Positions 50,320-60,862 of a stretch of 64,000 bases of DNA are shown in pieces. The position numbers and the translations under genes are program-made. Numbering within the stretch: position 1 is the first letter of the stretch; each line of letters opens with the position of its first letter. Under the pieces are notes generated by a model, which saw only the letters and a program-made list of their open reading frames with translations, was not told the origin of the DNA and did not search any database. The DNA lies in the IMG/VR virus record IMGVR_UViG_3300029305_003084; one strand, written 5' to 3'. Source of the DNA: a virus. Lineage: Duplodnaviria > Caudoviricetes.

Positions 50320-51021
50320 TTATTTTTTACCATATAAATAATAATTACATCTTACAAAATATGTATATGATGATGTAGATTTTGCACAACTTATCATTAT
50401 AGTATCTTTCCAGTTACATGTACAATTTACTAATTTACTACTTATCTTATAATTATCATTGTCAGTTTTACTCATTATTATACATTCACCGTTGAGTAAA
50501 TTAAAATCTGTATCTTTTTTAAATATAAAATCAATAACATGTGGTGCACTTGATTTAGTTGTTGCAATGAAAAATCCTTTATTATCAGTTTTGGTCGATA
50601 TAGTGGTAGAAACTTCATGATATGAATGATGGCTTAAACTAGCTGGGGTGCTTGTACTTGCATTAACAAATTCTATTACAGTATACTGTATATCACTATT
50701 TGATATAGCCCTAATATCTAATCTAAGTTTATATTCACTATAGTCTGAAGGGATTGTAATTTTAGGATAAGAATAATTATCACCCATACCACTTTTCAAT
50801 AATTCCCAATCATTAGATGGAATGGCTGAAGAGACTACATTAGAAATAGTTGTAGATAAATCTGAAATTTCTGAAGATGTATGACTATGTGTTTTTACAT
50901 CAGCATTTTTAATAGTATTTAATTCATTTTGTAAACCGTTAATATCATCAACATTATGACTATGATTTGTGGGCGGATATTTTAATCCTCCAATAGAAGG
51001 AATATTGTTAGTAATTGGCAT
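50320..51021 (-). CDS. Short tail-fibre/RBP-like protein B
   Basis: Two HxH fibre repeats; ends YLYGKK. Confidence 0.65.
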   Translation of the reverse strand: MPITNNIPSIGGLKYPPTNHSHNVDDINGLQNELNTIKNADVKTHSHTSSEISDLSTTISNVVSSAIPSNDWELLKSGMGDNYSYPKITIPSDYSEYKLRLDIRAISNSDIQYTVIEFVNASTSTPASLSHHSYHEVSTTISTKTDNKGFFIATTKSSAPHVIDFIFKKDTDFNLLNGECIIMSKTDNDNYKISSKLVNCTCNWKDTIMISCAKSTSSYTYFVRCNYYLYGKK

Positions 51022-51127
51022 ATATGTACTATCCTCCTTATAAACAAATTTATAATAAATTTGTTTATAAGTATTAAAAAGTATTAGAAGATATAGGCAA
51101 TTTACCTATATCTTCTAAATATATTAA

Positions 51128-51787
51128 TTACTTATAACCATATACAACGGCATGTGTATATTTATTTATTGTATTTCCTCCCGTGGGGTTAATAGTAATC
51201 GTATTGAATTTGGTTGTACTTGTCATATATCCAGTAGAAAAACAGATGCCTACTGAACATTCCATTCTAGACCAATGTTCACAACTTTTATCTGATCCAT
51301 TTTGTCTAGGTACTAATGTTGATTCAATATAACAATCACTAAAGTTTGTTCCGAGATCAAAAGTAGGACCTGATGCATGAACACTATCTGAACTATATGT
51401 CATATTTTTAAATTTTAATTTATATCTATTATGTGTCGGTCCTGTAGAATCACTTTTAACAGTATCAAATCCAATACCTACACCAGTCATAGAACTACTA
51501 GTAGAAATATATGTAAATATTTTTATTTGTTTATAGTCAAATATATTAATAGTGCCTGTATTAATAGTCAACTTAGTTGATGTTGCATTAGTCGCCTGAA
51601 CCTCACCCAACTTTACAATAGGACTACTCATAGTTGATAATGTATCAGATAAACCAGTAATATCTGATGTATTATGTGTATGTGTTTTTACATCTGCATT
51701 TTTAATAGTATTTAATTCATTTTCTAACCCGTTAATATCGTCTATATCATGAATATGACCAGATGGTATATTATTTGTAATTGCCAT
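51128..51787 (-). CDS. Short tail-fibre/RBP-like protein C
   Basis: N-terminus nearly identical to B; different C-terminal domain. Confidence 0.65.
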   Translation of the reverse strand: MAITNNIPSGHIHDIDDINGLENELNTIKNADVKTHTHNTSDITGLSDTLSTMSSPIVKLGEVQATNATSTKLTINTGTINIFDYKQIKIFTYISTSSSMTGVGIGFDTVKSDSTGPTHNRYKLKFKNMTYSSDSVHASGPTFDLGTNFSDCYIESTLVPRQNGSDKSCEHWSRMECSVGICFSTGYMTSTTKFNTITINPTGGNTINKYTHAVVYGYK

Positions 51788-51826
51788 ATTATACCTCCTA
51801 TGTATATATTGTTATCGTTATTAATG

Positions 51827-51882
51827 CTAATTATATGAATTATATTAATGAAACATTTCATTAATATAATTCATATAATTAG
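51827..51882. repeat. 56-bp palindrome P2 (27-bp arms, CA centre), copy 1
   Basis: CTAATTATATGAATTATATTAATGAAA-CA-TTTCATTAATATAATTCATATAATTAG. Confidence 0.9.
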
Positions 51883-51942
51883 GTTATAAAAGAAAAACAT
51901 ATATGTTTATAAATATAGATTTATATAGGAGGTTAAAATATC

Positions 51943-53643
51943 ATGGGAGTCATAAATAATCTTCCTAATAAAAATAGTGGTAATAGTAGTTCCGGTGGAG
52001 CTTTAATTAAAAAATATCGAGTTGCTTCAGGATATACAGTAAACGCCGGTGATGTTGTTAATGTAAATGATAATAATGAAATTTATTCTACAAATATAAA
52101 AACTGTAGTATATGATGATATTGTAGTACCAAATAATAATAAAAATGCAGAATTTGTTCAAATTAACGATAATACAATATTTGCAGTATATCGTGATTCT
52201 ACTAATTCGTATACATGTTATTGTATTGTAAAGTATATTGATGGTAATTGGACTGTTACATATACTAATAATTTAATAACATCGGGTACTGGTGAAAATT
52301 ATGAAAAAACTATTGTTAAAATGAATGATTATAGATTTTTTGTTACTGAACATGATACTGATAATGAGCCGACTGGTGATTTATATTTCATTCAATTTAA
52401 TAACGATTACTCATCTTCAACAATTGCAAGTATTGCTAATTCAATGAGCAATGATCGAGTAGTAGAAGTATATGAATCACTAAATGAATCCACATTACTT
52501 CAACTTGGTGGCTATTATAATGGTAACAATGGATATGTTGCAGTATACACTTTCGATGGAACTACAATAACAAAAGCCGTAGCTCCTAAGTCAGTATCTT
52601 CTTTCTCTTGTGGTGATGATCGTACGATAATAAAAACTGCAGAAAATAAAGTTATTGTATTATCTGAAGGCGGTAATAGTAGTGTTTCTTCTATATTTGG
52701 AATGACCTGGGATGGTTCAACTCTAACAACAAATAAGCTATTTTCAAATAGTACAAGTTCTGTACCATATGTAATATATCAAAATGATAATATAATTTTA
52801 GTATGTCATAGTTATGCTGGATCTTCATCAGATGCTATTTATAAAATTAGTAATATTACAGCAGATATCCCTACATTTGAGAAGGTAGTTACCACTAATT
52901 ATGAATCACCACTTAGAAGCAATTCTAGTACTACTATGTATTTAACATCTCAAAATAATACTTCATTATTTATAAAAGATAATAATATTTATGAATATAG
53001 TGTAGATTTAAGTACTTATGCATTCAATCTAGTAAACACATACACATTCACTCACTTTAAATCAACTGAAATTACATCATTGGAAAAAGTGGAATCAGGA
53101 ATTAAAATATTCGTGAATAATAAAAATTTTTATGATTTAAAATACAATTTACCAGTTACTGATAATGTCGTATTGTATAATTTAATTGTTTCTAGTTCAT
53201 CTGAATGTATTGCATTAGAATCAGGAAATGAAAATGCTGAAATTAATTGTATTTATTCTGGTTCTGCAGAATTACCAGTAATGAAAAAAGGTGATAAGAT
53301 TATTAGTTCTGGTATAAGTGCATATTGTCGTATTCCTGGAATTATTGAAATTGGTGCAGAGAATAATGAAAATTTCGTAATTGGCAGTTCCAGTAGTAGA
53401 AATATTGTTTTAGGTTTTATGCCAAAATCTATTGAAATTTTATTTAAAGGAACATCTGGTTCAAATACTGTTGTTACGACCTTTATTTCAAATCGTCAAT
53501 TTTCATCTTACACATGTAAATCATCGGGTGATTCATATCCTACACATAATTCATGTAAAATTACATATAATACTGATGGTGTAAGTGTACCATATGTTAA
53601 AACATCTGAAGTTGGCACTTATCAATATAAAGCATACTTTTAA
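51943..53643 (+). CDS. RBP-like protein D (probable beta-propeller insert)
   Basis: VASGYTVNAGDVV...IALESG flanking a beta-rich region; shared N-terminal motif. Confidence 0.55.
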   Translation: MGVINNLPNKNSGNSSSGGALIKKYRVASGYTVNAGDVVNVNDNNEIYSTNIKTVVYDDIVVPNNNKNAEFVQINDNTIFAVYRDSTNSYTCYCIVKYIDGNWTVTYTNNLITSGTGENYEKTIVKMNDYRFFVTEHDTDNEPTGDLYFIQFNNDYSSSTIASIANSMSNDRVVEVYESLNESTLLQLGGYYNGNNGYVAVYTFDGTTITKAVAPKSVSSFSCGDDRTIIKTAENKVIVLSEGGNSSVSSIFGMTWDGSTLTTNKLFSNSTSSVPYVIYQNDNIILVCHSYAGSSSDAIYKISNITADIPTFEKVVTTNYESPLRSNSSTTMYLTSQNNTSLFIKDNNIYEYSVDLSTYAFNLVNTYTFTHFKSTEITSLEKVESGIKIFVNNKNFYDLKYNLPVTDNVVLYNLIVSSSSECIALESGNENAEINCIYSGSAELPVMKKGDKIISSGISAYCRIPGIIEIGAENNENFVIGSSSSRNIVLGFMPKSIEILFKGTSGSNTVVTTFISNRQFSSYTCKSSGDSYPTHNSCKITYNTDGVSVPYVKTSEVGTYQYKAYF

Positions 53644-53752
53644 TTAAATAAATCATATATAGAGATATACGAATAATTCGTATATCTCTATTTTTTATTA
53701 TTTATACTATAAAAAACAATCCAGTAATAAAATCAATTAATGGAGGAATATC

Positions 53753-54154
53753 ATGAAATATATTGCACATAGAAGATTTAAAGGAAGAGCAGCTTGTGGT
53801 GATGTTAATATTCCTGCAATGACAGAATTGTATTTAAAAGATAATGTAATTTATTATGAAGAATATCCTATTTGTTATTTTTCATCTGAGAATGCAAAGC
53901 AATATTTTACTGTAAATGAAGATGGACAGGGTATGCTTCGTGGTAAATTAACACAAGCAATTCAAAAGAAATTAGCAATACGAGATGAAAATTATCAGAA
54001 CCGATGGAATAAAATCTGGGAAGATAATTTATGTGTTAAGAAATATAAGAGAAAAGATAGTGGTGAAAACTATTTCTTATGGGATACTGAGTTCTTTAAT
54101 GCTCCTATTCTAGATCTACAGCATATTGCAAGTTTAATTGATGTAAAAGTATAA
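53753..54154 (+). CDS. Hypothetical late protein in the fibre cluster
   Basis: Late promoter at 53715, GGAGG RBS. Confidence 0.6.
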   Translation: MKYIAHRRFKGRAACGDVNIPAMTELYLKDNVIYYEEYPICYFSSENAKQYFTVNEDGQGMLRGKLTQAIQKKLAIRDENYQNRWNKIWEDNLCVKKYKRKDSGENYFLWDTEFFNAPILDLQHIASLIDVKV

Positions 54155-54195
54155 AATATAAGAGAATACTGTAAAAATACAGTATTCTCTTTTTA

Positions 54196-54768
54196 TTAAG
54201 CTTTCATTACATAACAAAGTGCATAGTAAGGTGGTCTGTTCTCATGAGCTTGTCCACCACCAGTTTTTCCAATTGATCCGCTAAGTGATTTGGCGGATAT
54301 ATTATAATCGTTAGCTCTATTTGAATTTTCAAATGTCGTTGTAGCAGTCGATATATTAGTATAAAAATTATAATTACTACTGTTACTAAATGTATGTGTA
54401 TGACTAGGCATTTGATTGGTCGTTAATGTTACAGTATCACTACCACCTGTAGCACCAACAGTATATGTACTACCAGCACCAACAATAAATCTATTTCGTA
54501 AATCAGGAGTACCATTAGTACCATCACACAGTAACCAACCATTAGGAATTGCATTAGATGCACCTGACCATAACACAATCATACCAGAAGGAATTCCTGA
54601 ATTGTTTTTTAACGAATCTAGTTCTGTAGATAGTCCAGTAATATCTGATGTACTATGAGAATGTGTTTTTACATCAGCATTTTTCATATTAGATACATCA
54701 GTTTTTAAATTTTTAATATCTTCAATAGTATCTGGATTGTCAGATAATATATTATTTAAAATTGACAT
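54196..54768 (-). CDS. Tail-collar domain fibre protein E
   Basis: IPSGMIVLWSG...GWLLCDGTNGTPDLRNRF...HENRPPYYAL. Confidence 0.85.
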   Translation of the reverse strand: MSILNNILSDNPDTIEDIKNLKTDVSNMKNADVKTHSHSTSDITGLSTELDSLKNNSGIPSGMIVLWSGASNAIPNGWLLCDGTNGTPDLRNRFIVGAGSTYTVGATGGSDTVTLTTNQMPSHTHTFSNSSNYNFYTNISTATTTFENSNRANDYNISAKSLSGSIGKTGGGQAHENRPPYYALCYVMKA

Positions 54769-54810
54769 ATATATTACCTCCTATGTTAATGAATTAATCG
54801 TGTTAGTATG

Positions 54811-54866
54811 CTAATTATATGAATTATATTAATGAAACATTTCATTAATATAATTCATATAATTAG
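54811..54866. repeat. 56-bp palindrome P2, copy 2
   Basis: Identical to 51827-51882. Confidence 0.9.
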
Positions 54867-54922
54867 GTTATAAAAGAGAAACATATATGTTTCTCTTTTA
54901 TATTTTTAAGGAGGGAAATAGA

Positions 54923-56773
54923 ATGGCTATTGAATCAATTTTTCCTGACAAAGCTAGTGATACATCTTCTTCATATGAAGTAGGTGATATGAGAAATAGT
55001 ATAAAGAGTTATTTAGGTGAAGAGTGGGTATTATGTGATGGTCGTAAGGTTGATGAATCATTATATCCTGAAATATCTCAATATTTAGAAAAAGGTAATG
55101 CATTAGAAGAAAGTTATTCTAGTAAATATTTAAGTGATTCAAATACGGTAACTCCAGGTGGTATATATTATCACAATGGTGTTTGGTGTATGGTCGGATA
55201 TGTATACCATACAACTGCTTCAAAAGCCACATATTATCCATATTCATACCATACTACCGATCCATCTGGTGAATGGAAAGAGACTAAAATGGGTAATAGT
55301 ACCAGTTATATAACTGATGTATGTTATCATGATGGATTATGGGTTGCTTGTGGTTACGACAAAAGCAGTCATTATGGTCGAATTTGGTATTCTGATAATT
55401 TAGATAATGGATGGACTGAATATACTGCTACATCTAAAATGGATCGATTTTCATGCATTCATTATCATGATGGAATGTGGGTAATTGGCGGCACATATGT
55501 TAGTTATGAATCGGCAATATATTATACTACTGATATAAAATCAAAATCTTGGACTAGAGTAAGTTTATCATCATATGAAGATTACAATGGAATAATTTCT
55601 ATTAATTACGTCAATGGTTATTGGGTTGCTGGATGTAAAGGTGCTGGTGGTATTTTCTATACTACTGATCCATCTGGTACGTGGAGTCAAATGCCTATTG
55701 GTAGTAATATTAGTACACTTTCAGGAATGAACCATATATCGTATTATGACAATAAATATGTTGTTATTTCGGGACGTGGTGGAAGTGGTGGTTCTCCACT
55801 TCACTTACATGTATATTATACACCATCATTAAATACTCAATTAACAGGACGTACTACAATACTTACAAATAGTAGTGCATATCGCAGTCCTAATGTATCA
55901 TACAATAATGGGTTATATACAATTTTATCAATATATGATGGATATAATACATTATCGTATACTAGAAATCCATTAGATGCCTGGACAATTAAACAAATAT
56001 CACAATATACAACTACAAATGAAATTTTATCAGAAATATATACAACTGGTGATCAAACAGTTATGGTTGGATATAATGGTAGTACATTTTATCCATATAT
56101 TACATATACTGGGAAATCAGAATATATTATTCCTACAATAAATAATATTTCAGATATTAATACTTTTATTAAAGTGAAATCATCTAATAGTGGTTATAAT
56201 TTACCTAGTGGGTATATGTTATTAGATTATATTGAGTCATCTGGTACTCAGTATATTGATACTGGATTTACACCTAATCAAGATACAAGAGCAGTATTAG
56301 ATTTATGGGTAACAAATAATGCGAGTGGAAATGTAGCATTATTCGGTGCAAGACAAGGTACAAAAGTTACTACATTTGCAGTATGGCTTGGAGATGGTGT
56401 TGTTAATCCTCAGTATGGTTCTATTGCATATAACACCAAAACCTTAACTCTAGATTATGCAACACGATTAACTTACGATATGAATAAAACTGCATTTTCT
56501 GTAAATGGGCAGACTGTTACATTTGCAAGTGAAACTTTCTCTGCTGGATGTAACTTAACTTTATTATCTGTAAATACTGCAGGTGCTGTTGATACTCGTA
56601 TAAGTGTAGGTAAATTATATTCTTGTAAATTATATGATAATGGTACATTAATTAGAGACTATATTCCTGTAATGAATGAATTTGGTGTAGCAGGTCTTTG
56701 GGATTTAGTAGAAAAGAAATTCTATGGTAGTGCTACATCTACAGCATTTATTGCTGGTAATATTTTAGCATAA
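54923..56773 (+). CDS. Fibre protein F: split collar + Trp/Gly repeat propeller + C-terminal lectin-like domain
   Basis: WVLCDG...YPEI; YxNGxWV and TDPSGTW repeats; LPSGY...YIESSGTQYIDTG. Confidence 0.7.
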   Translation: MAIESIFPDKASDTSSSYEVGDMRNSIKSYLGEEWVLCDGRKVDESLYPEISQYLEKGNALEESYSSKYLSDSNTVTPGGIYYHNGVWCMVGYVYHTTASKATYYPYSYHTTDPSGEWKETKMGNSTSYITDVCYHDGLWVACGYDKSSHYGRIWYSDNLDNGWTEYTATSKMDRFSCIHYHDGMWVIGGTYVSYESAIYYTTDIKSKSWTRVSLSSYEDYNGIISINYVNGYWVAGCKGAGGIFYTTDPSGTWSQMPIGSNISTLSGMNHISYYDNKYVVISGRGGSGGSPLHLHVYYTPSLNTQLTGRTTILTNSSAYRSPNVSYNNGLYTILSIYDGYNTLSYTRNPLDAWTIKQISQYTTTNEILSEIYTTGDQTVMVGYNGSTFYPYITYTGKSEYIIPTINNISDINTFIKVKSSNSGYNLPSGYMLLDYIESSGTQYIDTGFTPNQDTRAVLDLWVTNNASGNVALFGARQGTKVTTFAVWLGDGVVNPQYGSIAYNTKTLTLDYATRLTYDMNKTAFSVNGQTVTFASETFSAGCNLTLLSVNTAGAVDTRISVGKLYSCKLYDNGTLIRDYIPVMNEFGVAGLWDLVEKKFYGSATSTAFIAGNILA

Positions 56774-56786
56774 GGAGGAAAATAAT

Positions 56787-58517
56787 ATGCCTCTAGTTTC
56801 TTCATTTTCCTCTGGTAGTTCAGGGGATAAATATCAAGTTGGTCAATTAAGACAGAGTTTAAGAAAATATTTAGGTGAAAATTGGGTAAAGTGTGATGGT
56901 AGTATTATTGATGAAACTGACTATCCTGAGTTATGTAAAAAAATGTACATAACATCAGATTTGGAAAATAATTGGGTTGCAAAAAAAGTATATAATTCTG
57001 CATCTGATATACCAAATATACAAAGTATATATTGTTATAACGGTACTTGGGCTATGATTGGACATCCCACTTCTGAAGCAACTAGTAAATATCCATATGT
57101 TTATTATACTAATGATATTACTGGCACTTGGAATGAAGTTAAATTTAATTTTGGTGGTGCACGTTTATATAATATTCGGTGTTATAATGGTCTATGGTTA
57201 ATTACCGGAAATTCTACAATATATTATACAACAGATTTATCTAGTTCATGGAATAAAATATCTTTAAATGGATATTTATGTAATATAGAATATGGTGATG
57301 GGTTATATGTGACTGCGTATTCTGATACTACTAATCTCACAAATCATGTTTACTATACCAATGATCCTACTGGGACTTGGACACTGATAACATTACCTAA
57401 TGTTAATTACTCCATATCTAAAATACAAAAGGTTATGTATGTCAATGACATATGGTATATATTTGCTATCAGTAGTAATAGGAATATAGTTTTGTGGTAT
57501 ACAGATGATCCTACTGGGACTTGGACTGGAAAATTAGTTACTACAGATAATGCATCATATTTATATGATATATGCTATCATAATAATATGTGGGTTGCAT
57601 GTGGTGATACTACCAATAGTATAGACGGATATTCAGTTATTTGGTATACAAATGATCCTACTAGAACTTGGAATAAAATTCAATCAAATAACACAGATGA
57701 TCCAGCTATAAAGTCAATAATGTATCATGGTGGTAGATGGATAGGTCTCACAGGTAAAGATTATTATCCATATATTTATTATACTAATCATCCTGCTGAA
57801 ACATGGACACTAACTCAAATTGCTAAAGATGTTACCCAGTCCGGAACATGCATGTATATATACAATAACGATATTGTAATCGGATCTAATAGTACATCAT
57901 ACGGACCTTATGTAATTTATCATAATAGTTCATATTATCAACTACCTGAAGCAAATAATACTTTTATTAAAGTAATGGAAAATGAATATACATTGCCTAC
58001 TGGTTATACCAGATTAGAGTATATTGAAAACAATTCTGATGCGTATATTGACTCTGGACTTGTTGTAAATAAAACTGATACATATGAATATATGATAGAT
58101 GCATTGTTCACAAATGATACATTTGCTGGTGCAAATGGTTATATGCAATTTAAGAGTGGAATAGCATCTAATACACGATCTAAGATTAGAGTAACTTATG
58201 ACGGTTCATCTAATGTAGAAAATATTTATGTTAATAATACATTAAATTCATCTACTGATTGGACCGATTCATATAATGGTACAAATGTAAAAATTGGTAT
58301 TTTAAAAATGGGTAATGCTGATAATACATGGTACGATAATAATGCTCAGACTGGTAAAGTATATGCACAAAGTATTAAAAAAGATGGAAAATTAGTTAGA
58401 AATTATATTCCTGTAATGAATGATTCCGGTGTAGTTGGTCTTTGGGATCTAGTAGAAAAGAGATTCTACGGTAGTGCTACATCTACAGCATTTATTGCTG
58501 GAACTAAACTATCATAA
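56787..58517 (+). CDS. Fibre protein G, paralog of F
   Basis: Same architecture; last ~35 aa nearly identical to F. Confidence 0.7.
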   Translation: MPLVSSFSSGSSGDKYQVGQLRQSLRKYLGENWVKCDGSIIDETDYPELCKKMYITSDLENNWVAKKVYNSASDIPNIQSIYCYNGTWAMIGHPTSEATSKYPYVYYTNDITGTWNEVKFNFGGARLYNIRCYNGLWLITGNSTIYYTTDLSSSWNKISLNGYLCNIEYGDGLYVTAYSDTTNLTNHVYYTNDPTGTWTLITLPNVNYSISKIQKVMYVNDIWYIFAISSNRNIVLWYTDDPTGTWTGKLVTTDNASYLYDICYHNNMWVACGDTTNSIDGYSVIWYTNDPTRTWNKIQSNNTDDPAIKSIMYHGGRWIGLTGKDYYPYIYYTNHPAETWTLTQIAKDVTQSGTCMYIYNNDIVIGSNSTSYGPYVIYHNSSYYQLPEANNTFIKVMENEYTLPTGYTRLEYIENNSDAYIDSGLVVNKTDTYEYMIDALFTNDTFAGANGYMQFKSGIASNTRSKIRVTYDGSSNVENIYVNNTLNSSTDWTDSYNGTNVKIGILKMGNADNTWYDNNAQTGKVYAQSIKKDGKLVRNYIPVMNDSGVVGLWDLVEKRFYGSATSTAFIAGTKLS

Positions 58518-58534
58518 GTAAGGAGGGATAATAC

Positions 58535-59803
58535 ATGGCTATTTTATCAAATTTTGATAGTTCTTCTAATATCGTTTCATTAGAAGGTTATGAACTAGGC
58601 GATGTTGAATCCTTCGCTAGTTCAGATATAGAGTTAGATGAAACTTGGTTAAAATGTGATGGTAGTAATGTTGATGAGTCAAAATATCCTGAATTATCTC
58701 AGTATTTAACCAATAAAATTGACCCATCTTCAAGTGGATGGACTGTGAAAAAAATAAACAATAATACCAAAATAAAATTAATGAGTATTTATTACTATGA
58801 CGGATTGTGGGTAGGATGTGGATACACTCAAGCTAATAATTATCCGTGTATATTATATACGACTGACCCATCATCCACATGGACAACAAAAACACTCCAA
58901 TCATCAATAATATATACTAATTCAATTTATTGCTATAATGGTACATGGGTAATATGTGGTGCTACGGGTACAGGTCTTCCAATAATATATTATACCAATG
59001 ACCCTACTGGAACATGGACATATAAACAAATATCAACTTCTGGTGGTAATACTAATAGTTGTGATTCTATATATTGTTATAATGGTATGTGGGTAATTAC
59101 ACATTCAAAAACTAATGGGTATCCAGTAATTTATTATACAACTGATCCTACTGGAACATGGACGAGAACAGAAGTACAGACAGGATATTATGCTGGAATT
59201 CATAAAGTATATTGCTATAATGGTATATGGGTTCTATGTTTATGTTCTAATGTAAATAGTTATCCTGCACGTATTTGGTATACAACTGACCCTAGTGGAA
59301 CATGGACACAACAAAATATAGACACTTCAGTGACTGTACAAATAACTGATATATATCATCATAATGGATTATGGGTTGCATCAGGAAAGCATTATTCTTC
59401 AAATTTTCAATACTTTTTCTATTCAAAAGATCTCACTGGAACATGGTCGTCATTTATGAGTGATTTCTCTACAACAAATTTTAATGGTGCTTACACTTAT
59501 CCATTATACTGTCATAACGGTACATGGTTAATGGGTTCTACATCATATAGTACAAATGGTACATCAACTATATATTTAACATATAGTAATGATTTATCAA
59601 AAGGATATCAGGTTGTAGCATTACATAATAAAGTTGGTACATATGCTGTATTAACAGATATTTATGGTAATGAAGATACTGTATGTATAGCTGCATATGG
59701 TGATAATAGTAGTGAATATCCTTATATTTTATATAATAAGGGAAAATTAGTATTACCTAACACATCTTCTACCAATCCAAATACATACGTTAAAGCAAAA
59801 TAA
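58535..59803 (+). CDS. Fibre protein H, paralog of F/G lacking the C-terminal domain
   Basis: WLKCDG...YPEL; CYNGxWV and DPTGTW repeats; ends TYVKAK. Confidence 0.7.
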   Translation: MAILSNFDSSSNIVSLEGYELGDVESFASSDIELDETWLKCDGSNVDESKYPELSQYLTNKIDPSSSGWTVKKINNNTKIKLMSIYYYDGLWVGCGYTQANNYPCILYTTDPSSTWTTKTLQSSIIYTNSIYCYNGTWVICGATGTGLPIIYYTNDPTGTWTYKQISTSGGNTNSCDSIYCYNGMWVITHSKTNGYPVIYYTTDPTGTWTRTEVQTGYYAGIHKVYCYNGIWVLCLCSNVNSYPARIWYTTDPSGTWTQQNIDTSVTVQITDIYHHNGLWVASGKHYSSNFQYFFYSKDLTGTWSSFMSDFSTTNFNGAYTYPLYCHNGTWLMGSTSYSTNGTSTIYLTYSNDLSKGYQVVALHNKVGTYAVLTDIYGNEDTVCIAAYGDNSSEYPYILYNKGKLVLPNTSSTNPNTYVKAK

Positions 59804-59862
59804 ATTATTAGAGATATATAGATTATTTAATAATCTATATATCTCTTTTTATAATGAATATA

Positions 59863-60213
59863 TTATGAATTATATTGGATATAATAAAATTCAAATACAG
59901 AAGTAAGTGTTCCTTGTTTAATATAAATGAATGGATAATCATGATATGTCATGCTATCTTTATATGGTGCAGAGTACCAATAAGTTCCAGTATATATTGA
60001 CCCCGGTAAATGTTTATATGACATTTCACCATCTACCCAAATTGCAATAATGCAATCATTTTTATTTGGTGTTATTCCTGCCGCAGTAACATAGCTTGTT
60101 AAATTCAATTCCCCTTGATAATATTGTGCTGAGTGAATTTTAGTTATTTTCAACCCTTTTGTTGATTGTGTATTATAACCAAGAAAAGGTGCGAAGTTAT
60201 CTATAATAGACAT
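59863..60213 (-). CDS. Small RBP-like protein I
   Basis: MSIIDNFAPFLG; paralog of J. Confidence 0.6.
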   Translation of the reverse strand: MSIIDNFAPFLGYNTQSTKGLKITKIHSAQYYQGELNLTSYVTAAGITPNKNDCIIAIWVDGEMSYKHLPGSIYTGTYWYSAPYKDSMTYHDYPFIYIKQGTLTSVFEFYYIQYNS

Positions 60214-60322
60214 TTCTCATACATCCCCCTTATAAACAAATTTATAATAAATTTGTTTATAAGGATAAAAAATATTTAGAAGATATAGGCACTTTACCTA
60301 TATCTTCTAAATATATTATAAT

Positions 60323-60703
60323 TTAATATCGTACATAATACACATCAATATTATTAAAATGAGAATTATAATTCAATACAACACATGGATAATCATATTC
60401 TTCCTGATTATAATTCCAGTTTAATTTTTGGGTATTTCCATTATAAGTACATGTACTCATTCTTAAATCCATACGTCTAATAACCGATGAACTATCACTT
60501 GGAATGGTTAGTATTAGATCACCTTTTTGTGGTACGATACCTAATGCAGTTACATATGAACTCATATCAAATCTTTGATTATCACCAGTAACACTTTCAC
60601 CAATAATTGTCGTTAATTTTACAATTGTACATTTCCAATCAGATTTATTGGATGAACCTCCACCTGCTCCAAGAAAAGGAGAAAAGCTATTTACTATAGA
60701 CAT
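60323..60703 (-). CDS. Small RBP-like protein J
   Basis: MSIVNSFSPFLG; SYVTAxGIxP and DYP shared with I. Confidence 0.6.
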   Translation of the reverse strand: MSIVNSFSPFLGAGGGSSNKSDWKCTIVKLTTIIGESVTGDNQRFDMSSYVTALGIVPQKGDLILTIPSDSSSVIRRMDLRMSTCTYNGNTQKLNWNYNQEEYDYPCVVLNYNSHFNNIDVYYVRY

Positions 60704-60751
60704 ATTTATTACCTCCTATAATAAATACTATATATTGTTTATGTTAGTATG

Positions 60752-60807
60752 CTAATTATATGAATTATATTAATGAAACATTTCATTAATATAATTCATA
60801 TAATTAG
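60752..60807. repeat. 56-bp palindrome P2, copy 3
   Basis: Identical to copies 1 and 2. Confidence 0.9.
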
Positions 60808-60862
60808 GTTATAAAAGAGAAACAATGTGTTCATTAATATAGATTTAGATAGGAGGTAATTT

